A stretch of DNA of 64,000 bases. Source: an uncultured bacterium. Its GTDB lineage: Bacteria; Cyanobacteriota; Vampirovibrionia; Gastranaerophilales; Gastranaerophilaceae. Positions within the stretch are counted from its first letter, which is position 1. Each line of letters opens with the position of its first letter. Location: contig CASEEG010000125.1 of assembly GCA_949286885.1 (NCBI GenBank), forward strand, positions 123 to 64,122, in the 5' to 3' direction. Shown piece by piece: positions 20,260-29,953 of the stretch. Under the pieces are notes generated by a model that was not told where the DNA came from, searched no databases, and saw only the letters and a list, made by a program, of their open reading frames with translations. Made by a program: the position numbers and the translations under genes.

Positions 20260-21249
20260 TTAACATTTTGTAAATACGCTTATTTGATCTTGTTTTTTAT
20301 TTTTTAAGATATAGTTTTCAATTTTGTCGACTATAATTTTTTCCAGACTTATTCCGTAAATTAAATTAATTTCTTTAATAAAAAAGCATGGACTTGTTAT
20401 GTTTATTTCTATTATTTTACCGCCTATTGTATCAAGACCTGCCATAACAACACCGTCATCAAGCAATTTTTCTGATATTATATTTTCTATTTCTTTTTCG
20501 TCTTTGGTAAGTTTGGTCATTTTTAAATTAGCATCACAATGTTCATTGAATTTAAAATCATCGTTTGTTGCTACTTTTTGGACACTGTAGTCAAGAATTT
20601 CGCCACAGATAAATATAAGTCTTTTGTCCCCCTCTTTTATTTCGGGCAAATATTCTTGTACCATAACAGCAGTTTTGCCGTTTTCGGTTGCAGTGTTTAT
20701 AATGGTATTTGTATTTTTATCTCCATGGCAAAGATAAAACACTCCGCTTGAAAAACAACGGTTAAGTGGTTTTATGACTATTTCATTGTTTTCCTTTAAA
20801 AAACTTCTTATTAGTTTTGGGTTTGAAGTTACAACGTTATTCGGGGCTATTTGCGGGAATTCGTTGATGTAGAGTTTTTCGTTCTTGTTTCTTATTGCTT
20901 CTGCTGAATTAATAATAATTGTTCTTTTTTTGTCTGCCATGCTTAAGATGTGAGTTGCATTAATGTATTCCATATTCACCGGTGGATCCGGTCTGAAGAA
21001 TACAATTTCGAAGTCTTCAACGGCTATATTTTCAAGCAAGTTATCTTTTAGCAATTCCCCATTTTGCATATAACTTTTTGCGCAAAAACAGTACGGTTTA
21101 GCATTTTTCACGTTTAGCATGTTTTTTGTAGCAACAAAAACGCTATAAGAGCGTCTCAGAAACTCGACATTTAACCAAAAGCTAGTTACAAGCTTGTTAA
21201 ATTCAAAATATTTAAACTCTAATTCATCTATAATAAAAAGTGTTTTCAT
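20260..21249 (-). CDS. gshB: glutathione synthetase (ATP-grasp)
   Basis: Collinear with prokaryotic GshB: RPDPPVNMEYINATHIL, NEKLYINEF, YLPEIKEGDKRLIFICGE and GLDTIGGKIIEINITSP. ATG at 21249 is preferred to the GTG at 21279 given in the track. Confidence 0.85.
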   Translation of the reverse strand: MKTLFIIDELEFKYFEFNKLVTSFWLNVEFLRRSYSVFVATKNMLNVKNAKPYCFCAKSYMQNGELLKDNLLENIAVEDFEIVFFRPDPPVNMEYINATHILSMADKKRTIIINSAEAIRNKNEKLYINEFPQIAPNNVVTSNPKLIRSFLKENNEIVIKPLNRCFSSGVFYLCHGDKNTNTIINTATENGKTAVMVQEYLPEIKEGDKRLIFICGEILDYSVQKVATNDDFKFNEHCDANLKMTKLTKDEKEIENIISEKLLDDGVVMAGLDTIGGKIIEINITSPCFFIKEINLIYGISLEKIIVDKIENYILKNKKQDQISVFTKC

Positions 21250-21317
21250 AATACAAATTATATAATAAATAAAACGCACTATTTTAAATTATTTTTTTAT
21301 ATAGTATAATTTCAACT

Positions 21318-21527
21318 ATGAACAGATGTCCTTTTAGTAATGAATATTGCAACAGTGAGTGTGCTTTATTTATATCAAAAGACGAGTTAAACGAACTTGT
21401 GGTAAACAGGTTAAAAGCGATAGGAGTTTTTAGTGACAAAGACGGAGGTTTGTGCTCGCTAAAATCCGTTGCGTTGGCTCAATCTCGATACATATTTGAG
21501 AATACTACCGTATATAATAAACAGTAA
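21318..21527 (+). CDS. small hypothetical protein with the N-terminal motif CPFSNEYCNSEC
   Basis: Intact 69-codon ORF in an otherwise empty gap. No family recognised. Confidence 0.4.
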   Translation: MNRCPFSNEYCNSECALFISKDELNELVVNRLKAIGVFSDKDGGLCSLKSVALAQSRYIFENTTVYNKQ

Positions 21528-21546
21528 TCAAGAAAGATAAATACCA

Positions 21547-22587
21547 ATGCATAAGGAAATTTTAATTAAAGATTTAAAAAATAAAATAGCCCAGTTGCCC
21601 GATTGTGACGAGAATTACAGAGCACTTGCAAATATATATGTAGCTGATGAAGATTATGAGTCGGCTCTGGCAATCTACGAGACCCTTTTGAAAAAATTCC
21701 CAGATGACATGCAAGCTCTTATAAACTCAGGCAGCATACACTTTTATAAAAAGAATTATGAAAAGGCCATAGAAAATTATCTGAAAGCAAATAAATCCGA
21801 TTCCTCTTCTTTTGCCGTTAATTATAATCTAGGTAATGTGTATGCAGAAATAGGCAGCTTTGCAAATGCTTTAAAATATTATAATAAAGCTTTAGAATTA
21901 AAACCGGGTGCAGCGGAAGTATATAACGCGATTGGGTTTTTATATCAAGACAATGATGATCTTCAGGAGGCAAGACGTTATTACCAAAAAGCTGTTGACA
22001 TGGATAATTTATGCCCTGAATATCACATCAATCTTGCAAACGTTTATCAAAAAATGGATGAATTTGATTTTGCATGTGAACAATATAGAATTGCCTATGA
22101 ACTTGATAAATCAGATAAAAAAGCTTGTTTGTGCCTTGCAAACGTATATGCCTCTATGGAAAACTTTAAACAAGCTGAAGAATACTTTGAACATACAACT
22201 AAAATTGATCCGCAGTATTATTCCGCTTGGGTTTGCTGGGCTATTTCAAAAGCTGACGAGGGTGATTTAGATAAGGCGATAATGCTTTTTAAACACGCGA
22301 TTGAGCTTGATGTGTCTAAACCTAATGCATACTTGCTCTTGGCAAATATTCTAATTGCGCAAATGCGATATCAGGAAGCAATTTCCTTATACGAGAAGGC
22401 ATTAATGCTTACGGAAAATAAAACAAAAATTTATGTTCTGATGGCAAATGCATACATAATGTTAAATTTGTATACTCAAGCAGCGAGATATTACAGGCTT
22501 GCCATGAAAGAAGAACCGGACAATCTTGAAATCAAGTTAATATATACAGATGTAGCAAATAACTATATACTAAAAAAGGTAGGTTAG
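21547..22587 (+). CDS. TPR repeat protein
   Basis: Serial 34-aa TPR units, for example YNLGNVYAEIGSFANALKYYNKALELKP. Confidence 0.85.
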   Translation: MHKEILIKDLKNKIAQLPDCDENYRALANIYVADEDYESALAIYETLLKKFPDDMQALINSGSIHFYKKNYEKAIENYLKANKSDSSSFAVNYNLGNVYAEIGSFANALKYYNKALELKPGAAEVYNAIGFLYQDNDDLQEARRYYQKAVDMDNLCPEYHINLANVYQKMDEFDFACEQYRIAYELDKSDKKACLCLANVYASMENFKQAEEYFEHTTKIDPQYYSAWVCWAISKADEGDLDKAIMLFKHAIELDVSKPNAYLLLANILIAQMRYQEAISLYEKALMLTENKTKIYVLMANAYIMLNLYTQAARYYRLAMKEEPDNLEIKLIYTDVANNYILKKVG

Positions 22588-22588
22588 T

Positions 22589-23005
22589 GTGCGTTCAAAC
22601 GGGATAACTGTTCAGCTTATGGAGAGAATAATTTGTGCATTGTCTTACATAACCTTTGGTATAGTAGGTGTTATCTGGATTGTAATTTCTTACATTATAA
22701 AAAATTCAATGTCGCAATTTTGTACTTATAATATATACCAATCCATATTTTTCTCTTTTTTCCTTTATATTTTGTCCCTCATTTGTTCAATTGCGGCAGG
22801 ATTTCTTGGTGCAATTCCTGTTGTAGGCAATTTTGTTAATAATTTTGTCATATTTTTTACTCAAACACCAATATATTTTGGCTATACACTCTGGGGGTTC
22901 ATTGTTTTAGTGTTTATATGCTATTTTGTAATTTTTGTAATTTTTGGTAGGTATCCTTACATTCCTTTTATTTCTGATGTTATAAATTCTGGTTTTAGGA
23001 GATAG
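22589..23005 (+). CDS. small integral membrane protein (about 4 TM)
   Basis: Hydrophobic ORF packed tightly after the TPR gene. The start is uncertain (GTG 22589 or ATG 22619). Confidence 0.6.
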   Translation: MRSNGITVQLMERIICALSYITFGIVGVIWIVISYIIKNSMSQFCTYNIYQSIFFSFFLYILSLICSIAAGFLGAIPVVGNFVNNFVIFFTQTPIYFGYTLWGFIVLVFICYFVIFVIFGRYPYIPFISDVINSGFRR

Positions 23006-23054
23006 AAAAATAAAAAAAATAATTCTTACATTAAATGTTTTATTAAATTCTGCA

Positions 23055-23420
23055 ATGGTATTTGCGCTTGACTCACCTTATTCTTCGCAAGAATTCCAGG
23101 AAGTGTTAAAGCATGATAACTATGAACCTAACTATTTTACGCTTATCTTTGGGATGCTTATTGTTATATGTTTAATATATTTCACTGGTTATTTTTATCA
23201 AAAACTGGTGGGTGTAAATTCAAAGATGAACAAAAGGGCGAATGAAGACGAAGATTTTGACAGAGTCAAGATTGTTTCTGCCACCCCGCTAGGTCAGGGA
23301 AAAAACATATATGTTGTAGAGATAATGAATAAATACCTTGTGATTGGCGCGACTGATAATCAAATAAATCTACTTAAAGAGTTTGATGCCTGCAAATTTG
23401 ACGGGGGTTTAGATGTCTAA
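23055..23420 (+). CDS. FliO-like small membrane protein
   Basis: One TM segment followed by VKIVSATPLGQGKNIYVVEIMNKYLVIGATDNQINLLKEF, which matches the FliO-family core pattern. The start may lie upstream (see findings). Confidence 0.5.
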   Translation: MVFALDSPYSSQEFQEVLKHDNYEPNYFTLIFGMLIVICLIYFTGYFYQKLVGVNSKMNKRANEDEDFDRVKIVSATPLGQGKNIYVVEIMNKYLVIGATDNQINLLKEFDACKFDGGLDV

Positions 23421-24279
23421 TATTGTAAAAATTGGTGGTTTTAATGTTGGTGATCAAAATCACTGTTTTATAATTGCTGAAATAGGAATAAATCACAACG
23501 GGGATGTCAATCTGGCAAAGAAACTTATTAAGATTGCTCATGATCTTGGTGCCGATGCTGTTAAATTTCAAAAAAGAACCGTTGAGGTAGTCTATTCAAA
23601 ACATGAACTTGAAATGGAACGCCCAAACCCTTTTGGTAACACAAACGGAGATCTTAAAAGGGGATTGGAATTTGGATATAAAGAGTATTCTGTTATTGAT
23701 AAGTACTGCAAAAGTCTTTCAATGTTGTGGTTTGCATCTTGTTGGGATAGACAGTCAGTAGATTTTATTGAACAATTTAACCCCCCTTGTCATAAAATAT
23801 CCTCCGCCTGTCTTACTGATGACGATTTAATAACGTATATAAAAAGCAAGGGACGTCCTATCCTTCTTGCTACTGGCATGAGTACTCAAGAGCAGATTGA
23901 TCATGCAGTTAAAATTCTCGGTGAAGATAATCTTGTTATTATGCATTGTACTTCTACCTATCCCAGTAGTGAGGCAGAGTTAAATTTGAACGTAATACCA
24001 AATTATATTAAACGCTATAGTTGCCCAATAGGTTATAGTGGTCATGAAAAGGGTGTATTCCCCTCTGTATTGGCTGCTTCTATGGGTGCTTGCGTCGTAG
24101 AAAGACATATTACAACAGATAGAACGCTTTGGGGGTCAGATCATCCTGCAAGCTTAGAACCTGAAGGTCTTAGACGTCTGGTCAGAGATATAAGACTTTT
24201 AAATACAATCAAAGGTGACGGCAGTAAAGTTGTCTATAAGTCAGAACTCCCTATTATTAAAAAATTAAGAAGGAAATAG
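23413..24279 (+). CDS. NeuB-family nonulosonic acid (sialic acid-type) synthase without a C-terminal SAF domain
   Basis: IIAEIGINHNGDVNLAKKLI..GADAVKFQKR, GYSGHE and ERHIT motifs. At 288 aa it ends before the SAF domain would begin. Confidence 0.85.
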   Translation: MSNIVKIGGFNVGDQNHCFIIAEIGINHNGDVNLAKKLIKIAHDLGADAVKFQKRTVEVVYSKHELEMERPNPFGNTNGDLKRGLEFGYKEYSVIDKYCKSLSMLWFASCWDRQSVDFIEQFNPPCHKISSACLTDDDLITYIKSKGRPILLATGMSTQEQIDHAVKILGEDNLVIMHCTSTYPSSEAELNLNVIPNYIKRYSCPIGYSGHEKGVFPSVLAASMGACVVERHITTDRTLWGSDHPASLEPEGLRRLVRDIRLLNTIKGDGSKVVYKSELPIIKKLRRK

Positions 24280-24281
24280 AA

Positions 24282-24764
24282 ATGACATTAAGATTATCTA
24301 AAAATATCAAACTAATTGCTTCTGACTTTGATGGCGTATTTACGGATGGTTCTTTGTATTTGGATGAAGATTTAAAACAAGTAAAAAAAATAAATTTTTC
24401 TGATGTAATGGGTGTTTCAAGGCTTTTAAAGGCCGGCTATAAGTTTGCAATAATTTCAGGTGAAACATCTAATATTCTGAATTATTTTAGAAACAAATTT
24501 AATATAGAAGAAATCCATGGTGGTATTAGACAAAAGGGAATAGTCTTGGGTGAAATCATGAAAAAATATTCCTTGAGTTCAAATGAGGTTTTATATATTG
24601 GCGATGATGTTAATGATTTGGCAGCATTTGAATGTGTTGAGTATAAAATTGCACCTAAAAATGCAAATCCGATTTTAAAGTTGAGAGAGGATATACAAAT
24701 TACCCAAAATTCGGGCGGACATGGTGCATTTCGTGAGGTTGTTGATGAACTCTTAAATTTGTAG
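24282..24764 (+). CDS. HAD-IIIA phosphatase of the KdsC family (KDO-8-P / KDN-9-P / Neu5Ac-9-P phosphatase type)
   Basis: DFDGVFTDG nucleophile motif, GDDVNDL, and the ~160-aa KdsC size. Confidence 0.85.
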   Translation: MTLRLSKNIKLIASDFDGVFTDGSLYLDEDLKQVKKINFSDVMGVSRLLKAGYKFAIISGETSNILNYFRNKFNIEEIHGGIRQKGIVLGEIMKKYSLSSNEVLYIGDDVNDLAAFECVEYKIAPKNANPILKLREDIQITQNSGGHGAFREVVDELLNL

Positions 24765-24777
24765 TGGAATTATTTTA

Positions 24778-26475
24778 ATGTTTAAATTTCTTCAAAAATT
24801 AATAAAACAAGTTAATAAGTTCAACGCTTTTGTGAATGATTATAAAAGTGTAGCAAAAGAAGTTTCCTTGCCTTCTCAAGCTTATGTTAATTGGGGTATG
24901 CAGCTTGCTGAATCCGGAAAAGAAGAAGAGGCGTTGGAGAAATTTAAACTCGGCGCTCAGATGGTAAATGCTACCCCTGACGCTTTTGTCAATCTTGGTA
25001 TACTCTCTGCAAAACAAGGGCAATTTGAAGAAGCTGCAAAATTTTTCAAGAAGGCAATAAAAATCGACGAAACTTGTGCAAAGGCTTGGTCTCTGTTGGC
25101 AAGTGCGCAGGGAGAATTGGGCGATAATAAGGAAGCGCGAAAATCCTTTAAAATCTCATTAAAGTATGATAAAAGGAGTTTTCAAACATATTTAAATCAA
25201 GGTGTATTTTATGCAAAAATTGGCGAAGCACAGGAAGCGTTGATTAGCTTTAGAAATGCGTACGCTTGCAATCCCCAGGAACCGCAGAGCGCTTTTTTGT
25301 CAGGCATTTTATATTCGCAGATGAAAAACTATCAAGATGCAATTAAAATGTTTAAGTTGGCTATTTCTGCTTCACCGTTTCATTCTGAAGCGCTTTATCA
25401 CTTGGCATTTTGTTATTATCAATTAAAGAACTACGAGCTTGCAATTAACTACGCAAAAAAATCAAAAAGTGCAAGCCCTACTAAAATTGAAAATTTCATT
25501 ATTATTGCTGAAAGTTATATGGCAATGAAAAATAAAGAAGAGTGCCTTAAGACATTTGAGGACGCAAAAAAGCAAGGTCTTGTATCTTACCAGTTGTTGT
25601 ATTCAAAGGGAGCTGCACTGCAATATTTTGATATGTGGGAAGAAGCTATTGACATTTTTAAAACTGCTTTGGAATTTGACGACGAAAATTTTCTCTGCCA
25701 CTATGGTCTTTCACTTTCATATTTAAAGCTTGAAAAATCCCATGAAGCAAAAGAGGAGCTTATCCGGACAATAGAGTTGAATCCGCTGCATACTGTTTCA
25801 ATGTTCAATTTAGGACAATTGCTTTTTAAAGAAGGTTTGTATGATGAGGCTATAAACTGGTATAAAAAAGCAATTGCAACTGATGCTAAGCTGGTTAACA
25901 TATACTTTAATATTGCAAGTGCTTATCAAATGAAAGGTGATTTGCGAAAAGCTATTAAATATTGGGAAAAGTCGATTGAGTATGATGGCAAAAATATTGC
26001 TGCCCTTATGAATTTAGCAAATACTTACCTGTCTATAGGAGAAATAACACTTGCCGCAAGAAAAGCAAGGAGTGCTTACATTATCGACAAAAAGAATATC
26101 GATGCCATTATAACTTATGGTGTTGTGCTAATGAGACAAAATGATATTTACAGCGCAAAAGAAAAGTTTGAAGAAGTTCTGCGCATAAATCCGGAATCTA
26201 TTAGTGCAAAATTTGCATTAATAGAGTGTATGATAAAAACTAATAAACCAAAGGAAGCAATGAATGAGATAGAACAATACAGGGAAAAATATGGTGATAA
26301 GAAAGAATTTATGGTTTTGAACCTTCTTGCTTATTTAAAAATAGATGAGATGGAACAAAATAATTATTTGGTTGAACAAATTATAAACATTTGTGATAAA
26401 ATATTGACTACATTCGGTGAAGATGCTTGGGTAACGAATGTTAAAAATGAATATATAAAGAAGCAAACAACATAA
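24778..26475 (+). CDS. TPR repeat protein (565 aa)
   Basis: More than ten tandem TPR units throughout. Confidence 0.85.
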   Translation: MFKFLQKLIKQVNKFNAFVNDYKSVAKEVSLPSQAYVNWGMQLAESGKEEEALEKFKLGAQMVNATPDAFVNLGILSAKQGQFEEAAKFFKKAIKIDETCAKAWSLLASAQGELGDNKEARKSFKISLKYDKRSFQTYLNQGVFYAKIGEAQEALISFRNAYACNPQEPQSAFLSGILYSQMKNYQDAIKMFKLAISASPFHSEALYHLAFCYYQLKNYELAINYAKKSKSASPTKIENFIIIAESYMAMKNKEECLKTFEDAKKQGLVSYQLLYSKGAALQYFDMWEEAIDIFKTALEFDDENFLCHYGLSLSYLKLEKSHEAKEELIRTIELNPLHTVSMFNLGQLLFKEGLYDEAINWYKKAIATDAKLVNIYFNIASAYQMKGDLRKAIKYWEKSIEYDGKNIAALMNLANTYLSIGEITLAARKARSAYIIDKKNIDAIITYGVVLMRQNDIYSAKEKFEEVLRINPESISAKFALIECMIKTNKPKEAMNEIEQYREKYGDKKEFMVLNLLAYLKIDEMEQNNYLVEQIINICDKILTTFGEDAWVTNVKNEYIKKQTT

Positions 26476-26491
26476 AGGGCGAAGGACAAAA

Positions 26492-27751
26492 ATGGGAATC
26501 GTAGTTCAAAAATTTGGTGGCACTTCTGTAGCGGATGCAGAAAAAATTAAGAATGTAGCCAATGCTGTAATTAAGGAAAAACTAAATGGAAATAAGGTGA
26601 TCGTGGTTGTTTCTGCAATGGGACACACTACGGATAACCTTATAAAATTGTCAAAAGAGATCACTACAACACCGCCTGAACGTGAAATGGATATGCTCTT
26701 GTCAACAGGCGAACAGGTTTCAATGTCCCTGCTTGCAATGGCTATTAACCAAAAAGGTCACAAAGCGGTAAGCCTAAATGCAATGCAAGTTGGTATTTAT
26801 ACCGAACCAAATCATTGCAAAGCAAGAATTGTGGATATTAAGAAAGACAGAGTAATTAAACATCTTGATAATGATGAAATCGTTATTATTGCAGGATTTC
26901 AGGGTGTTACAAAAGATGGCGAGATAACAACTTTGGGCAGAGGTGGTTCAGATACTTCAGCCGTTGCCCTTGCTGCCGCGTTTAATGCTGACAGATGTGA
27001 TATATATTCTGATGTGGAGGGTGTATACACTACTGATCCCAGAGTAGTACCTACAGCTCAAAAGTTAGATGTAATATCGTACGAAGAAATGTTGGAATTG
27101 GCGCGTGTCGGAGCAAACGTATTGCACCCCAGATCCGTTGAGACGGCAAAATTGTGCAATGTGCCAATGAGAGTCCGTAGCTCTTTCAAGCTAGATGATT
27201 TAGGAACATTAATTATAGGAGTAGATAAAATGGAATTACACAAACCTGTTACAGGTCTTGCCTGTGATAGCTCTCAGGTTAGAATAGTTATTTGTGATGT
27301 AGCCGACAAGCCGGGTAATGCTGGAAAACTCTTTACACTCCTTGCGGGCTGCGGCTTGAGTGTTGATATGATTATCCAGTCTTACGCAAGAAGTTCAAAT
27401 AACACAAATGACATTGCTTTTACAATAGATAAGAGCGATGTCGCCAAATTTGACAAAGTTTTGCCTGAAATTAAAAGTATAATGAACCCGAGCAATGTTC
27501 ATATAGATGAAGATATTGCAAAGGTTTCTATAGTTGGTGCAGGCATGATAGACAGACCCGGTATAGCGGCAACTATGTTTGAAACCCTTGCTAAATTAGG
27601 TATTAATATAAAGATGATCTCCACATCTGAGATTAAAATTAGTTGTTTGGTCGAAAAACGTCATGCGAAAGATGCGGTAGTTGCTCTTTGCAAGGTCTTT
27701 GAGCTTGATGGTGCCGCTGTTGCCGATGTTAAGGGTGATTTACCTGTCTAA
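26492..27751 (+). CDS. lysC: aspartate kinase
   Basis: VQKFGGTSV, GRGGSDT and two C-terminal ACT domains. Confidence 0.93.
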   Translation: MGIVVQKFGGTSVADAEKIKNVANAVIKEKLNGNKVIVVVSAMGHTTDNLIKLSKEITTTPPEREMDMLLSTGEQVSMSLLAMAINQKGHKAVSLNAMQVGIYTEPNHCKARIVDIKKDRVIKHLDNDEIVIIAGFQGVTKDGEITTLGRGGSDTSAVALAAAFNADRCDIYSDVEGVYTTDPRVVPTAQKLDVISYEEMLELARVGANVLHPRSVETAKLCNVPMRVRSSFKLDDLGTLIIGVDKMELHKPVTGLACDSSQVRIVICDVADKPGNAGKLFTLLAGCGLSVDMIIQSYARSSNNTNDIAFTIDKSDVAKFDKVLPEIKSIMNPSNVHIDEDIAKVSIVGAGMIDRPGIAATMFETLAKLGINIKMISTSEIKISCLVEKRHAKDAVVALCKVFELDGAAVADVKGDLPV

Positions 27752-28660
27752 ATGTTTAAGCTGATTTGTGGTCTGGGAAATACAGATATTAAAAATATTA
27801 AAGCCCTTGTAAAGCTATATGCTCACGCAGGGGCTTGGATGTTTGATGTTTCACCATTTGTTTTGGGTGTGCTCAATGAAGCTATAAATGAAGAAAATCT
27901 TAATCCGTATGATTATAAATATTGTATTTCTGTACCTGTCGAAGGTGATGCCCATGGCAAAAAAGCCAAAATAATCACAGAAAAATGTAAAAAATGTCTG
28001 AAGTGTACAAAAATGTGTCCTCAAAATGCTATAAGGGATTTTGTAGTCGACAAAAACAAATGTATAGGTTGTGCAATTTGTAAAAAAAACTGTCCATGCG
28101 GGGCTATTAAACTTTTTGATAAAACAGACTATTTTGATGAACTTAATAAAATTTTGAGAAGCGATTTAAAACTTGATTGCATAGAGCTTCATGCTTCTGT
28201 CGGCAGTAAAAAAAAGATATTGTGCAGATTAAAAAAAATATGTAAAAAATTCAAAGGAGATATAAGTCTTTGTATTTCAAGGAAATATTTTTCAACTCAG
28301 GAGGCTGTTTTAATAATTAAAAAGGCACAAGAAATTGCGAAAGATAATACAAATTTTTATGTGCAGGCAGATGGTAACTCTATGAATGGCGCTAACGAAA
28401 AATTAATATCTACATTGGAGTGTGTTGCTTTTGCCCTTGCCTTAAGAGAAAACGGAATTGACCAGAGTAAAATTATTTTAAGTGGCGGTGTTAATGAATT
28501 TACCAAAAAGCTTTGCAATGAATTATTGTTTTCACCTTTGGCAATTGCATTTGGTACATATGCCAGGAAATTAGTGTTAAACTTAGAACATTGCGATGCT
28601 CTTAAGGTCGCAAAAAGACTTGTGCAAAACGCAAATGAGATCAATTATGGCAATTCTTGA
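27752..28660 (+). CDS. LdpA-like iron-sulfur protein (2x[4Fe-4S] ferredoxin motif)
   Basis: The N-terminal FKLICGLGN...LVKLYAHAGAWMFDVS resembles the FKLICGAS...YTLAGADCIDVA start of cyanobacterial LdpA, as recalled rather than searched. It also has CKKCLKCTKMCP and CIGCAICKKNCP cluster motifs. Confidence 0.6.
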   Translation: MFKLICGLGNTDIKNIKALVKLYAHAGAWMFDVSPFVLGVLNEAINEENLNPYDYKYCISVPVEGDAHGKKAKIITEKCKKCLKCTKMCPQNAIRDFVVDKNKCIGCAICKKNCPCGAIKLFDKTDYFDELNKILRSDLKLDCIELHASVGSKKKILCRLKKICKKFKGDISLCISRKYFSTQEAVLIIKKAQEIAKDNTNFYVQADGNSMNGANEKLISTLECVAFALALRENGIDQSKIILSGGVNEFTKKLCNELLFSPLAIAFGTYARKLVLNLEHCDALKVAKRLVQNANEINYGNS

Positions 28661-29951
28661 AAATGTAAAAAAGTATTTAGGGCAAAATAATATTTCAAAT
28701 ACCGTTATATGTGCACTCTCCGGTGGTTGTGATAGTGTAGTTCTGACGCACATTATGCACAATCTGGGGTTAAGAGTTATTGCAGTGCATCTTAATCATA
28801 ATTGGCGGGGTATGGAATCTGAAAGAGACGAAAAATTCTCAAAAGAGTTTGCAAAAAGTCTTGGAATTGAGTTCTACAGTGAAAAATTAAAGAGTGATGT
28901 TAAAAAAACCGAACTTGCGGCTAGGGAACTCAGGTACGAATTTTTTCAAAAATGTGCAAAAAAATTTAACTGTAATTTCGTTTTACTTGCTCATAATAAA
29001 AATGATAATGCCGAAACGCTTCTATACAGGGTTTTCAAGGGAACAGGCACAAGAGGTATTTGTGCTATTCCGAAAAGTCGGGATATTTTTTATCGTCCGT
29101 TGCTTGAAATTTCAAGAGATGAAATCGAAATTTATGCAAAAGAAAATAATTTAAAATATATTAATGATAGTTCAAATGACTGCATTTATTACCAAAGAAA
29201 TTTTATAAGAAAAGAGATTATACCTTTAGCTAAAAAAATCAATCCTGATGTAATTAGTTCGATTAATAATCTTTCTGAAGTTGCAAATATGCACTATCAG
29301 ATAATTTGTGACACTTTGACACAAACAAAAAAGAAAGTTTTCAAGGGTGATAAAATTATTCTTGAGGAGTTCTTAAAACTGTCAAAACCATTAAAATATG
29401 AACTTATTAATGATTTTGTAGGGGCTGATTTGAAATATAGAGATTTTAAAAGAATAGAATCTTATGTAAATTTTATTATCGATAACCATAAGAAATCCTC
29501 TAGAAAATCAATCAAAACAAATCTTTTTCTGGAAATTTCCGATCCTTATGTATATAAGGTATCTGGATGTACAAAAAATAATTTTGAATTGCAGATAAAA
29601 GGTGAGGGTGAGTATGTTTTTTGCGGGAAAAAAATAGTGATAAAAAAAATTCAAAATTATCCTAATTTTAGCGATTTAGGAAATATCCATTATTTGAGTA
29701 TGAACTTTGAAAATAAAATTGTTCTCAGAACAAGACGTGACGGGGATATTTTTAAGCCTTTTGGTATGGTATCGGGCAAAATGAAGTTAAAAGATTATTT
29801 GATAAATAAAAAAATTGCACGACAAAAACGTGATAATCTGTTATTATTAGCTGAAGGTAATGAAATATTATGCATTTTAGGTTTGCAAATAAGTCAAAAA
29901 ATGATTGTTGAAAAAGGTAGACCTTGTTATTCGTTAGAGATTTTGGAGTAA
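28647..29951 (+). CDS. tilS: tRNA(Ile)-lysidine synthase
   Basis: PP-loop SGGCDSVVL, LNHNWRG and HNKNDNAET. ATG at 28647 was chosen instead of the track start 28596, which overlaps the upstream gene by 65 nt. Confidence 0.9.
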   Translation: MAILENVKKYLGQNNISNTVICALSGGCDSVVLTHIMHNLGLRVIAVHLNHNWRGMESERDEKFSKEFAKSLGIEFYSEKLKSDVKKTELAARELRYEFFQKCAKKFNCNFVLLAHNKNDNAETLLYRVFKGTGTRGICAIPKSRDIFYRPLLEISRDEIEIYAKENNLKYINDSSNDCIYYQRNFIRKEIIPLAKKINPDVISSINNLSEVANMHYQIICDTLTQTKKKVFKGDKIILEEFLKLSKPLKYELINDFVGADLKYRDFKRIESYVNFIIDNHKKSSRKSIKTNLFLEISDPYVYKVSGCTKNNFELQIKGEGEYVFCGKKIVIKKIQNYPNFSDLGNIHYLSMNFENKIVLRTRRDGDIFKPFGMVSGKMKLKDYLINKKIARQKRDNLLLLAEGNEILCILGLQISQKMIVEKGRPCYSLEILE

Positions 29952-29953
29952 AT

